Position numbers and translations under genes: made by a program. The notes below the pieces were generated by a model. That model did no database searches, was not told the origin of the DNA, and saw nothing but the letters and a program-made list of their open reading frames with translations. Shown piece by piece: positions 7,354 through 16,239 of a DNA stretch of 35,248 nt (positions are counted from its first letter, which is position 1; each line of letters opens with the position of its first letter). The DNA is from Aquifex aeolicus (GTDB lineage: Bacteria > Aquificota > Aquificia > Aquificales > Aquificaceae), in contig DRNB01000008.1 of the NCBI GenBank assembly GCA_011375045.1, positions 1 to 35,248 on the forward strand, given 5' to 3'.

Positions 7354-8077
7354 GAGGATCAGCATAATTCCGGACTCCGAAGGGGAAAGGGAAGTTAAGC
7401 TTAACTTCAACAACCTGTGGTCTTTTCTTTCTTCTCTGGATTATTTGAGATTCCTTGAATTTGAAGGTGCTTTCAGAAATCTCGGGTCAGAAAATCTTTA
7501 CTACGTGGAAGAAAGAATTGAGCTTGTAAACTTTGTGCTCAGGCATGTAGTTCTATGGATAAACCTTGCATATCTGATCATTATAGTATCGGGTTACTTT
7601 ATCTTCAAAGAGAAGTTTTTGATTCTGCACCTTGTTTTTTCGCTCATTTACTTCATAGGCGGCATCTGGTTTGTTCACAGATACACGGTGGGTCGGGGTT
7701 ATCTTTACATGGTTGTCAGGAATTTTCTCATGTTTTTAACTATATTTGTATTTTTTAGCTGGATTATTACCGAATTTATATCCTTCTGGCTTGTTCCCAG
7801 GCTCTGGAGAATGTTTGAGATCTGGCTTTTTGATCCCTATTCACAGCAGGGAGTTATAAATGAGATTCTGTATCCTGCTGCTCTGTTTGTTTACAATCTG
7901 ATCAAGCCTCATCTTTACGATCTTTTCGGAACAAAGAAGTTCCTGATCTGGTATTTTGCTCTTGCTCCTGTGAAGGTTTTTTCTGTAATTTTTCCCTTTA
8001 TTTACTTTCTGATTTACTCGAAGCTTTCCGGCGGCTACATGGAAAATCTCAACAGGACACTCAGAAAAAGGGCTTGA
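7346..8077 (+). CDS. Multi-pass membrane protein (243 aa)
   Basis: About 4-5 hydrophobic segments; overlaps the upstream gene. Confidence 0.75.
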   Translation: MSERISIIPDSEGEREVKLNFNNLWSFLSSLDYLRFLEFEGAFRNLGSENLYYVEERIELVNFVLRHVVLWINLAYLIIIVSGYFIFKEKFLILHLVFSLIYFIGGIWFVHRYTVGRGYLYMVVRNFLMFLTIFVFFSWIITEFISFWLVPRLWRMFEIWLFDPYSQQGVINEILYPAALFVYNLIKPHLYDLFGTKKFLIWYFALAPVKVFSVIFPFIYFLIYSKLSGGYMENLNRTLRKRA

Positions 8078-8102
8078 CATATTAGAAAAAAGCAACTATA
8101 CT
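8074..8102 (+). promoter_or_regulatory. traA operon promoter TTGACA-17-TATACT
   Basis: ttgaca tattagaaaaaagcaac tatact, 30 nt before traA. Confidence 0.85.
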
Positions 8103-8132
8103 GAACTAAAACAGCTTTGGAGGTGAAAGATC

Positions 8133-8426
8133 ATGAGGCTGAGCGGGCAGGAAGCTGCACTTGCTCTGTTTATGCTGTTTTTAGCGGGGACAGCTTTTGC
8201 AGGAACAGGAGGTGCCGAACTGAGTCCCATATGGGATGAAATTTCTCAGGGACTGCAGGGATTCTGGGGAAAGATAGTTGCAGCCGCCATGGTAGGTCTA
8301 TCCATATGGATAGCCAAGGAAGGGAGATACATATCGGCTCTTGCCGTCTTCATAATGGGAATGGTCATAGGGTTTATTCCCGGAATCGTGGATTCGAGAT
8401 ACGCGCTTACTTTCCTCGGAACCTGA
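8133..8426 (+). CDS. traA: Conjugative pilin TraA (SXT/IncC-like)
   Basis: AFA|GTGG.E...IW...QG.WGKIVA followed by two hydrophobic helices; precedes traL-E-K-B. Confidence 0.88.
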   Translation: MRLSGQEAALALFMLFLAGTAFAGTGGAELSPIWDEISQGLQGFWGKIVAAAMVGLSIWIAKEGRYISALAVFIMGMVIGFIPGIVDSRYALTFLGT

Positions 8427-8705
8427 ATGGAGGAGCACAAGCTTCCCCGGTATCTCCATGCTCAGCCCCAGCTTTTGAACTGGGAGCTGGATGAAATAAT
8501 GGTGTGGTTTCCCTTTGTGGGGGTGGGGATCATAGTGAACCAGGCACCTCTTTTTGCTCTTGTGGGATACCTGATCATGAGGTTCTACAGCAGGCTGAAA
8601 AACAACAGGCAGGATGGGTATCTCATACACTTCTTTTACAGGCTTGGTCTTTACAATCCGAAGGGGAAGTTTCCCGAGTACTGGATTAGGGAGCTGGTGA
8701 GGTGA
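8427..8705 (+). CDS. traL: TraL
   Basis: PRYL..QPQLL.WELDE, GYLIH..Y..G motifs. Confidence 0.93.
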   Translation: MEEHKLPRYLHAQPQLLNWELDEIMVWFPFVGVGIIVNQAPLFALVGYLIMRFYSRLKNNRQDGYLIHFFYRLGLYNPKGKFPEYWIRELVR

Positions 8706-9250
8706 AGTATTTTGACTTAATTTCCAAGCTTGATGCGCAGACGAGGTTTCTCGGACTTACTGCAACCCTGCTTGCTGCGGGGCTTCTCTTCATGTCCTTC
8801 ACCACCTACTCGCTTTATTCGAGGAAAACCGTTGTTATTCTTCCACCGAAGGTGGAAAAGGAGTTCTGGGTTGCAGGGAATACGCTGTCCTCCTCGTATC
8901 TTGAGCAGGTAGCTTACTACATAGCGGACAGGGTAATGACAGTTTCTCCCCAGAACGTTGAAAGTTCCCTCGACATGATAAGACCTTTCTTCAGCACGGT
9001 TCCTGAAGATTTGAAGAAGCTTGACAGAGTTTTTGTGAAAATAGCAAAGACCGTTAAGGAAAACGACTACTATCAGGTTTTTTATCCCCTGCGGTTCAGG
9101 ATTGATCAGAAAAGGAGCAGGCTTGTTGTGGAGGGGATGGTCAGGAAGATGAGCGGGATGCAGTATATCGGACAGGAGAGGAAAACTGTGGTGATCAATT
9201 TTTACGTAAGAAACGGTCGGTTTTTCGTGAAAGGTATAGAGGTCAATTGA
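8702..9250 (+). CDS. traE: TraE
   Basis: N-terminal TM, VILPP....FWV......SYLEQ, VSP.NV motifs. Confidence 0.92.
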   Translation: MKYFDLISKLDAQTRFLGLTATLLAAGLLFMSFTTYSLYSRKTVVILPPKVEKEFWVAGNTLSSSYLEQVAYYIADRVMTVSPQNVESSLDMIRPFFSTVPEDLKKLDRVFVKIAKTVKENDYYQVFYPLRFRIDQKRSRLVVEGMVRKMSGMQYIGQERKTVVINFYVRNGRFFVKGIEVN

Positions 9251-9260
9251 GGCATGAGGC

Positions 9261-9965
9261 ATGAGAAGGATACTTCCTGTTCTTGGGCTGGTTTCCCTTG
9301 TATTGGGAAAGGATTTTCAGGTTGTAGAGGGGAGCGGATACCACTACGTTGAGATTTCACTGACTGACGTAAACAGGATCGTGTGTTCTTCGGAAATAAC
9401 AGGGGTAGTTTATTCGAAGGAGAAGAGTATAGAGATCAAGAGGAAGGGAAGAAATGCATGGGTGAAGATACTTCCCACGAAAAAGGGGGAGAAGATTGAG
9501 TATCCCTCGTATCCAAGGGAAGTTTATATAGAATGCGGGGGGCTGGTATTCTCCCTGATACTTTTACCCAGGAAGATTCCGGCAGCCACGGTTGTTCTCA
9601 AGGTTCCTCATGAAGATGATGCGAGAGCGAGGGAGTTTGAAAAGAAAGCCGGGAGTTACGAGAAGCTTATTCTTTCCCTGATTCGCCATGCATACAGGGA
9701 GGTTCCTCCGCCCGGTTACAGGGTTAAGAAAGAAAACAGAAAGGTCAGGGAGTTCAAGGAGCTTGATCTTTATCTCTTGAAAAGCTACGAAGGGAGCAGG
9801 TATGTTATCGAGGAGTATCTGATAACCGCAAAGGAGGACGTTCACCTTACCGAAGGTTCCTTTGTCCCTTACATCCGCTTTCCCGCAGCCCTTTCCATAG
9901 TTAAGCCGAGGCTGAAAGCCGGTGAAAGCACAAGGCTTCTTGTGGTCAGGTTGAGGGAAGAGTGA
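9261..9965 (+). CDS. traK: TraK
   Basis: IS..DVNRI, FSL.L.P..IPA.TV, YE..I..L, L..GEST motifs. Confidence 0.9.
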   Translation: MRRILPVLGLVSLVLGKDFQVVEGSGYHYVEISLTDVNRIVCSSEITGVVYSKEKSIEIKRKGRNAWVKILPTKKGEKIEYPSYPREVYIECGGLVFSLILLPRKIPAATVVLKVPHEDDARAREFEKKAGSYEKLILSLIRHAYREVPPPGYRVKKENRKVREFKELDLYLLKSYEGSRYVIEEYLITAKEDVHLTEGSFVPYIRFPAALSIVKPRLKAGESTRLLVVRLREE

Positions 9966-11143
9966 TGCTCGAGAAGTTCGAGGGAGAAAAAAGGAAGCAG
10001 TACCTCGTTCTGGGAGCTGCTTTTGCGATAGGGGTTGGGGTAATTCTGTTCCTTTCAGAGCAGACGGGGAAGAAAAAGAAGGAGAAGCCCGCACCGGTTC
10101 CTCAGATAAAGGTGGTGGAGGAGAAGAAGGTAGAGGAAGAAACCTTCAAGAGTGTTTATGGGAGAAAGCTTCTTGAGCAGGAGGAGGAGATAGAGAAGCT
10201 GAAGCGGGAGCTTGAGAAGCTCCGAAAGGAGAATGAAAGCTTGAGGGAGAAGAAGGCTTCAGGGTTCAGATCCTATGCGGTGTCTCCCCCTCCACCTCCT
10301 CCACCTCCCGGATCCGGCGGAGGGACTTCTGGATCCCCACCTCCTTCTTCCCCTCCCCCTCCGCCACCTCCTACCGCTTCATCTCAGCCGCCCAAAGGAC
10401 CTCCTCAGACTCAGGTTCTAACCGATTTGATAGTTCTGGACATTGCAGAAAGTAAGGAAGAGAAGAAGGAAGCTGTGGTCAGGAAGGTGGGGAGGAAGAA
10501 AAGCGGGAAGTTTGTCGGGGATGTAATCCCTGCGGGATCCTTTGTTCCCGGGATTCTTCTCAACGGATTGAACGCTCCTGCGGGAGGAAAGGCTCTCAGC
10601 AATCCTCTTCCCGTTCTCATCAGGCTAACCGATCTTTCCATCCTTCCCAATCGCTTCAGGGTGGACATCAGGGACTGTTTTGTGGTGGGAGCGGGATACG
10701 GAGATCTGTCCTCTGAGAGGGCTTACATCAGACTTGAAACTCTTTCCTGTGTAAAGGAAAGCGGGGAAGTGGTGGAGAGGAAGGTGGAGGGCTACGTATC
10801 GGGAGAGGACGGGCTTGTAGGACTTGCGGGAAGAGTAATAACGAAGCAGGGGCAGATTCTTGCGAGAACTCTTGTTGCGGGTTTTCTTGAGGGGGTTTCA
10901 AGAGCTTTTCAGTATTCCGGAACGAATGTGATTATCAATCCCCAGGGAGCCATCCAGACGGTGGATCCCCGGCAGGCTCTTCGGATCGGGCTCTTTTCCG
11001 GAGCGGCGGAAGCCACCAGAAAGCTGGCGGACTTTTACATGAAGCTGGCAAATCAGATGTTTCCCGTTGTAGAGGTGAATGCGGGAAGGAAGGTAGATGT
11101 AGTTTTCCTCAAGAGTGTTGATCTTGGAGGGACCGGCGGATGA
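9962..11143 (+). CDS. traB: TraB (VirB10-like)
   Basis: TM, coiled coil, Pro-rich linker, IPAGSF...LL.G..AP, C...G.GYGDLSSERAYIR...LSC, PVVE..AGR.V.VVF. Confidence 0.95.
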   Translation: MMLEKFEGEKRKQYLVLGAAFAIGVGVILFLSEQTGKKKKEKPAPVPQIKVVEEKKVEEETFKSVYGRKLLEQEEEIEKLKRELEKLRKENESLREKKASGFRSYAVSPPPPPPPPGSGGGTSGSPPPSSPPPPPPPTASSQPPKGPPQTQVLTDLIVLDIAESKEEKKEAVVRKVGRKKSGKFVGDVIPAGSFVPGILLNGLNAPAGGKALSNPLPVLIRLTDLSILPNRFRVDIRDCFVVGAGYGDLSSERAYIRLETLSCVKESGEVVERKVEGYVSGEDGLVGLAGRVITKQGQILARTLVAGFLEGVSRAFQYSGTNVIINPQGAIQTVDPRQALRIGLFSGAAEATRKLADFYMKLANQMFPVVEVNAGRKVDVVFLKSVDLGGTGG

Positions 11144-11334
11144 AAGGGATTCTGATCCTGTGCGTTTTTCTTTCCCTGCTTGTCGGTTCATGCGGCGGGT
11201 TACTTCTCCCCTATCATGAGGAACCTCTCTGCAGGAGAGAGGGAACCGTAGGTTTCTGCGGAAGTTTAAGCGAGATATACCGGGACATGGAAGAAAATCC
11301 TGAAAAATACGGTATTGGAGGAAGCGGACTGTGA
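11140..11334 (+). CDS. Small lipoprotein corresponding to the N-terminal Cys-containing half of TraV
   Basis: Lipobox LVGSC, PY.EE..C.....G.C.S..EIY. Confidence 0.65.
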   Translation: MKGILILCVFLSLLVGSCGGLLLPYHEEPLCRREGTVGFCGSLSEIYRDMEENPEKYGIGGSGL

Positions 11335-11774
11335 GAAAGCTGTTTCTTTTTCTATGCTTTTCTTTTACCGCTTTAGCTCAGCCCGGACTTGTTTATGAAC
11401 CTCCATCCGTATCTAAGCTGGAGGTTTACCTGTTTGCCGGTAAACCCGGAGGGGGTAATTACCATCTTGCTGGAGGCTTTGACTGGAGGATCGGGTATCC
11501 CTTCCTTGCGGGGGTTTTCTATGAAAAAGAGGAGGGCATGGACGGGGTAGGAGCAAGGGTGAAGGTTCGCATTCCTCTTTTCTGGAGATTCAAGAACGAC
11601 TTTTCCTTCGGAACTGTTTTTGAGAGGAGGTTTCGGGAAAGGGTAGGTTTTCTTGTTCAAATGGAGCAGGCAGCTTTTTTGAGGAGATCGTTTTCTTTCA
11701 GACTTCTTGAAGGCTATATCTTCGGAAGCAGGGAGGTAAGAAGATGGGTAATAGCGGTCGGCTTTGGTTTTTAG
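11331..11774 (+). CDS. Probable small outer-membrane beta-barrel protein
   Basis: Signal peptide (ALA|Q), alternating hydrophobic strands, C-terminus WVIAVGFGF ending in Phe. Confidence 0.65.
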   Translation: MRKLFLFLCFSFTALAQPGLVYEPPSVSKLEVYLFAGKPGGGNYHLAGGFDWRIGYPFLAGVFYEKEEGMDGVGARVKVRIPLFWRFKNDFSFGTVFERRFRERVGFLVQMEQAAFLRRSFSFRLLEGYIFGSREVRRWVIAVGFGF

Positions 11775-12181
11775 GACTGGGCGTTTTTCTTTTTTCCTGT
11801 GCGGGGATAAAGGACTGGGACAGGTATGAGAAGTATCAGGCGGATAGAAATTTCAGCAGGCAGAAGTATGAAGAAAAGTTGCTCGAAGAAAGGGTGAAGA
11901 AGAAGATGGAAAAGGGAGAAGATCTTTACGAGAAGGAGGTAAAGAAAGCGATAGTTTCCCTTCTCAGGGAACCTCCTGCTCCTGTTAAGGCTCCCGATAC
12001 GGTGCTGAGGGTGCTGATTCTTCCCTATGTGTCGCAGGACGGGGCTCTCAACACCGCAAAGTATGTTTTTCTGAGGGTGGAAGAAGGCCGCTGGATACTG
12101 GGGGATTATCTTATCGGAGGGAAGGAGGGAGTAAAGCTTCTCACTCCTCTGAAGGAAGGGGGAAAGGATGAAGGTAAGTGA
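11744..12181 (+). CDS. traV: TraV lipoprotein (C-terminal domain type)
   Basis: Lipobox LFSC; PVKAPDTVLRVLILPYV..DG.L....YVF..V..GRW. Confidence 0.82.
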   Translation: MGNSGRLWFLGLGVFLFSCAGIKDWDRYEKYQADRNFSRQKYEEKLLEERVKKKMEKGEDLYEKEVKKAIVSLLREPPAPVKAPDTVLRVLILPYVSQDGALNTAKYVFLRVEEGRWILGDYLIGGKEGVKLLTPLKEGGKDEGK

Positions 12182-14651
12182 GTGGAAGAAGCTTTTTGAG
12201 AGGGCAAACGTGGTGGACTTTCTTCCGTGGTTTCAGTATGAGGATGGGGTGTATTTTCTGAGGGATGGAGGTATGGGAGGGATATTTGAGTGTGATCTGC
12301 TTATCGGAACCAACAAGAACGCTTACTCCGCACTTCAGGATATGCTGAAAGGCATTCCCGAGGGTTACACTGTTCAGTTTATTTTCCTGGCGAGCCCGGA
12401 CATTTCCGAAGAGCTGACATATTTCAAATACATCAAGAAGGGTGCGATCGGTCAGCTGGAGAGTGAGGTAATTGAGAGCTACACGGGATTTTTGAAGGAT
12501 CATACGCTCCGTGAGATTTCCGATGCTTTTCCCGTTCCCGTGAGGGATTACAGACTTCTGATAGCGGTTAAGCAGGGAGGTAAGAGCAGGGTTCACGGGG
12601 TGCTGGAGGGATTCTGGAAGAAGTTTATCGGCAAATCCGAGGAGGAAATAGCCGATCTCAATGTCCGCTACGATGAGATAAGGAAGGTGCTTTTGAGGGT
12701 GGAAAGTCAGCTGAGATCTGCAGGTTTCAATCCCCGTGTTTGTGAACCCTCAAGGTTGATATTCATTCTCTACCCCTTCTTCCACATGGGAAGGGATTAT
12801 GAAGACAAGCCTGCATGGGATGGAAGTGATGTAGCGGACTGTCTTGTGGAAAACGACTTCAAGATGGAGGTTCATGAGGACTACGTTTTGATAGATGGGG
12901 TGTATGGGAAGTCCCTCTGCGTGAAGGGGTATCCCGAAAAGTGGTCTTCCGCCGAGAGCTACTTTTACCGGGGGAATCCCATTACGGGAGCGGGGATATC
13001 CTGTCCTTACATACTCGCTCTCAACGCTGTCAAGCTTCCCGAATCCGAGAAGAGCAACATAAAGAGGAATGCAGCCATTGTTCTTTCCCAGAGGCTTCCC
13101 TATGCTCTTTTTCCCCGTCTGAGGCTCAAGCACGAGGATCTTACGTATGCGATGGAGATTATAGAGAACAAGGGGGAAGATGTATGGTATGTGAACCTTT
13201 CGCTGTTTGTTTTCGGCAGGGACGAGAAGAGTCTTGAGGACGGCACAGCGGATGCCAAGAAATACTTTAACACCCTCGGCTTCAGACTTGAGGAAGACAA
13301 ATACATCAACCATGCAGTATTTCTGTCAAATATGCCTCTGGGGTATGATCTTAAAACTCACAAGTTTCTGGGAAGGGGAAGGGCGTTATTTACCTTTAAT
13401 GTAGCCGATCTTGCTCCCGTATACGGAGATCCCAAGGTATTCGGAAAGCCGGAGCTTCTCTTCATAGCTCCTTCGGGACAGCTGACGGGGTTTGATCTTT
13501 TTTCTGCCGGTCAGGGCGGATACAACGGTTTTATGGTGGCAACCACGGGAGCCGGGAAGAGTGTGTTTCTGGAGTATGTATCGCTCATGTATTACCTCGG
13601 TGGAAGGAAAGTCAGGATCATAGATATAGGTGGAAGCTATGAGAGGTTCTGCAGGAACTTTGGGGGAACATACATATCGGTTTCTTATGAAAGACCCATG
13701 TCGGTAAATCCTTTCAGCCTTGTGGAAAATGAGGAAATGCTCAACGAGTATATGGAGTTTCTTGTGTCCCTGCTTCTTCTGATGGGGGGATCAAAGGATC
13801 CTCAGACCTTTGCACAGCAGGAAAAGGTTTTGAGGTCTTATCTGGAGCAGGCTATCAGGGAAGTTTACTCTGAACGTGGAAAGGAAACGAATATAGATGC
13901 GGTTGTGAACTTTCTCAGGAGTTTTGAGGATGCCGGTGATCCGAGGGTAAGGGATTTTGTGGTTGCCATGAGACCCTACACTTCCGAGGGTTCCTATGGA
14001 GTATTTTTCAACCGGCCCTCCGAAGTTGATCTTTCCAACCCGATAGTGGTGATAGACAACACCTACATAGAGGGAATGCCCGAGCTGATGGATCCTCTTC
14101 TGATGGTTTTTACCTTTCATGTGTCCAGGGAGGTTTACACCTCAAAGAAGAAGGAGGGACTGGTGTGCATAATAGATGAAGCACACAAGTTTCTCGGCAA
14201 ACCAAAAATAGACGTCTTTGTGGAGCAGGCTTACAGAAGGTTCAGGAAGGACGGTGCAAGTATTATCATGGCTACCCAGGGTTTTAACGACTTCATGGGT
14301 GAGCACGCTCTTTCGAAAGCAGGTCGTGCGGCGGTGGAAAACTCCTTCTGGCAGTTTTTCATGATGCAGAACTCTGCGTCCAGAAATGCTCTCAAGCGTG
14401 AGAAGAGTATAGATCTCAGCGAGTTCGAGGAAAAGCTCATGGACAGCACCAGAACCGTGAAGGGGCACTATTCGGAGATATTCATCAAGACGGAGCTGTT
14501 TTCGGTTAAGGTGAGACTTGTTCTTGATTCCTTCCTCAAGGCGATGTTCTTCACCGATCCGCAGGTGAGGAGAAGGATTCACGAGCTTGTGGACAGCGGA
14601 ATGTCTTACATGGAAGCGGTCAAAAGGCTTGAAGAGGAGATGAAGGTGTGA
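12168..14651 (+). CDS. traC: TraC (VirB4) ATPase
   Basis: ATTGAGKS Walker A, IIDIGGSY, IIDEAH Walker B, YRRFRK, ATQ. Confidence 0.96.
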   Translation: MKVSEWKKLFERANVVDFLPWFQYEDGVYFLRDGGMGGIFECDLLIGTNKNAYSALQDMLKGIPEGYTVQFIFLASPDISEELTYFKYIKKGAIGQLESEVIESYTGFLKDHTLREISDAFPVPVRDYRLLIAVKQGGKSRVHGVLEGFWKKFIGKSEEEIADLNVRYDEIRKVLLRVESQLRSAGFNPRVCEPSRLIFILYPFFHMGRDYEDKPAWDGSDVADCLVENDFKMEVHEDYVLIDGVYGKSLCVKGYPEKWSSAESYFYRGNPITGAGISCPYILALNAVKLPESEKSNIKRNAAIVLSQRLPYALFPRLRLKHEDLTYAMEIIENKGEDVWYVNLSLFVFGRDEKSLEDGTADAKKYFNTLGFRLEEDKYINHAVFLSNMPLGYDLKTHKFLGRGRALFTFNVADLAPVYGDPKVFGKPELLFIAPSGQLTGFDLFSAGQGGYNGFMVATTGAGKSVFLEYVSLMYYLGGRKVRIIDIGGSYERFCRNFGGTYISVSYERPMSVNPFSLVENEEMLNEYMEFLVSLLLLMGGSKDPQTFAQQEKVLRSYLEQAIREVYSERGKETNIDAVVNFLRSFEDAGDPRVRDFVVAMRPYTSEGSYGVFFNRPSEVDLSNPIVVIDNTYIEGMPELMDPLLMVFTFHVSREVYTSKKKEGLVCIIDEAHKFLGKPKIDVFVEQAYRRFRKDGASIIMATQGFNDFMGEHALSKAGRAAVENSFWQFFMMQNSASRNALKREKSIDLSEFEEKLMDSTRTVKGHYSEIFIKTELFSVKVRLVLDSFLKAMFFTDPQVRRRIHELVDSGMSYMEAVKRLEEEMKV

Positions 14652-14983
14652 GGTGGTATGACTACGTGCTTGTTCTTGTGCTGGTAGTTTCCTCAGGAGT
14701 TCTTTCCTACTTTTCTGCGATCAGGGAGATAGAAAGCAGATTCAGAGTTGTAGATATAGTGAGCTTAATAAATGAGGAGAAGGAAAGGATCATAAAAGCT
14801 GATTTACCGCTGGAGGAAAAGGAAAAAAAGTTCGGGGAGTTTCTTGTTAACCTTGAGAAAATCCTGAACTCTTACGAAGGACTTGTTCTTATACGACAGG
14901 CTGTGGTTGGGGGAAGTTTTTATGAGGACATTACTGCAGAAGTTAGAAGAAAGCTTAAAGCAAAAGGAAAAGGAGCTCACTAA
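14648..14983 (+). CDS. trbI: TrbI-like F-type protein
   Basis: N-terminal TM, VVDI, LVLIRQAVVGG...DIT; directly after traC. Confidence 0.7.
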   Translation: MRWYDYVLVLVLVVSSGVLSYFSAIREIESRFRVVDIVSLINEEKERIIKADLPLEEKEKKFGEFLVNLEKILNSYEGLVLIRQAVVGGSFYEDITAEVRRKLKAKGKGAH

Positions 14984-15464
14984 GTTTTTTCTTTTCTCCT
15001 TTATCTTTTACACTGCACTTACTTTTGTTTTTTTCTTTCCGTATGTTCACATTATAGGTTCTCTTGATACTTCTATGCCTCACAGGTTTTATCTGTGGAT
15101 CAGACCCTCCGAGGATCCGGAGGAGAAGGATGCTCAGATAAGAAAGCGCAGGTATGTGGAGGTTTACGTTGGTGATCTTACTCAGTATCCTCCCATAAGG
15201 GAGAAAGGGGTTCTCTACCTCATAAAGAAGGCAGTCTGCTTTCCCGGAGATTTTCTCGCCGCAAGAGGAGGGGAGTTTTACTGCAACGGGAAGCTTATAG
15301 CGGTTGCCTATCCTGAGGCTCCTGTTCCTCCTATTTCTTACGATGGGAGGATTCCCGAAGGCAGGTATTTTGTTCTCGGCATTCATCCTGCGTCCTTTGA
15401 TTCCAGATACATGGGTCTTGTTTCTCTGGACAGGATTACGGGTGTTCTGATACCTCTCTTTTGA
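14922..15464 (+). CDS. trhF: Conjugative S26 peptidase (TrhF)
   Basis: TSMP catalytic Ser, LIKK.V..PGD, IPEG.YFVLG.HP.SFDSRY.G; ATG at 14922 preferred over the TTG at 14883. Confidence 0.88.
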   Translation: MRTLLQKLEESLKQKEKELTKFFLFSFIFYTALTFVFFFPYVHIIGSLDTSMPHRFYLWIRPSEDPEEKDAQIRKRRYVEVYVGDLTQYPPIREKGVLYLIKKAVCFPGDFLAARGGEFYCNGKLIAVAYPEAPVPPISYDGRIPEGRYFVLGIHPASFDSRYMGLVSLDRITGVLIPLF

Positions 15465-15493
15465 TTGACATAGCAAACAAAAGCACCTATACT
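15465..15493 (+). promoter_or_regulatory. traW-U-N promoter TTGACA-17-TATACT
   Basis: ttgaca tagcaaacaaaagcacc tatact. Confidence 0.8.
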
Positions 15494-15506
15494 TTAAAGC
15501 GGAGCG

Positions 15507-16121
15507 GTGGTTGTCTGGAGTCTGCTCATGCTGAGTTTTGCCTTTGCAGGAGTTTATGAGATAGCGGAGCCTGACCTTCTGGAGGAGCTGGAAGCTCAGA
15601 AAGGCAGGATTATTTCTCACCTTGAACGCATGAAAAGTGAACTTAAGGAAAGGATAGAAAGCTTTGAAGGTGAAAAGCTTTTTCCTGCTGCGGAAAACAG
15701 GACCTACTACATTGATCCTACCTACTGCCTTGAGGAGAACATCTACTACCGGGAGAAAGGAAAGTGGAAGGTTCTCTATCCGAAGGGATACTGCTTCAAT
15801 CCGATCGATTACATTCCTTACGAACCCCCTCCCATGGTGGTTTTCAATCCCTGCAGGGAGGAAGAGAGGAGATGGGTTAAGAAAAACTATCCCGAAGCTG
15901 TTTACGTTTCCACCGGGTGTCCTATCAGGAACGTAAGGAAGCTGGGGGTAAAAACCTACTTTCTCACTCCCGAGCTTAAGGAAAAGCTCAGGCTCACCGA
16001 GACCGTTTCGGTTGTCAGGATAAGCAGGGAGAAGGGACTTATAGAGGTGGAGGTAGTGAGGGTTGGTGCTGGTGGGAATAAAGGAGGAGCTTCAGGAAAA
16101 GCTGAAGGAAAGGCTAACTGA
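15507..16121 (+). CDS. traW: TraW
   Basis: YEIAEPDLLEE, R.YYIDPT......I, YPKG..FNP.DY motifs. Confidence 0.9.
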   Translation: MVVWSLLMLSFAFAGVYEIAEPDLLEELEAQKGRIISHLERMKSELKERIESFEGEKLFPAAENRTYYIDPTYCLEENIYYREKGKWKVLYPKGYCFNPIDYIPYEPPPMVVFNPCREEERRWVKKNYPEAVYVSTGCPIRNVRKLGVKTYFLTPELKEKLRLTETVSVVRISREKGLIEVEVVRVGAGGNKGGASGKAEGKAN

Positions 16122-16239
16122 GGCCGGGCTTCACGTCCGCATCTGGTATGAGTGCGAAGGGGATGAAGACGTGGTGATAGTGCCTCCCGAGATGGCAGTG
16201 GACGGGGGATTTGTGGTGGAGCTGGAGGAAGCGGAGTGA
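16063..16239 (+). CDS. Small acidic hypothetical protein (58 aa), not in the ORF track
   Basis: GGAGGT then TTG at 16063: MVLVGIKEELQEKLKERLTEAGLHVRIWYECEGDEDVVIVPPEMAVDGGFVVELEEAE; stop overlaps the traU start (GTGA). Confidence 0.6.
   Translation: MVLVGIKEELQEKLKERLTEAGLHVRIWYECEGDEDVVIVPPEMAVDGGFVVELEEAE

Noticed and set aside
10284-10405. C-rich repeat tract
   Set aside because: It encodes the normal Pro-rich periplasmic linker of TraB.
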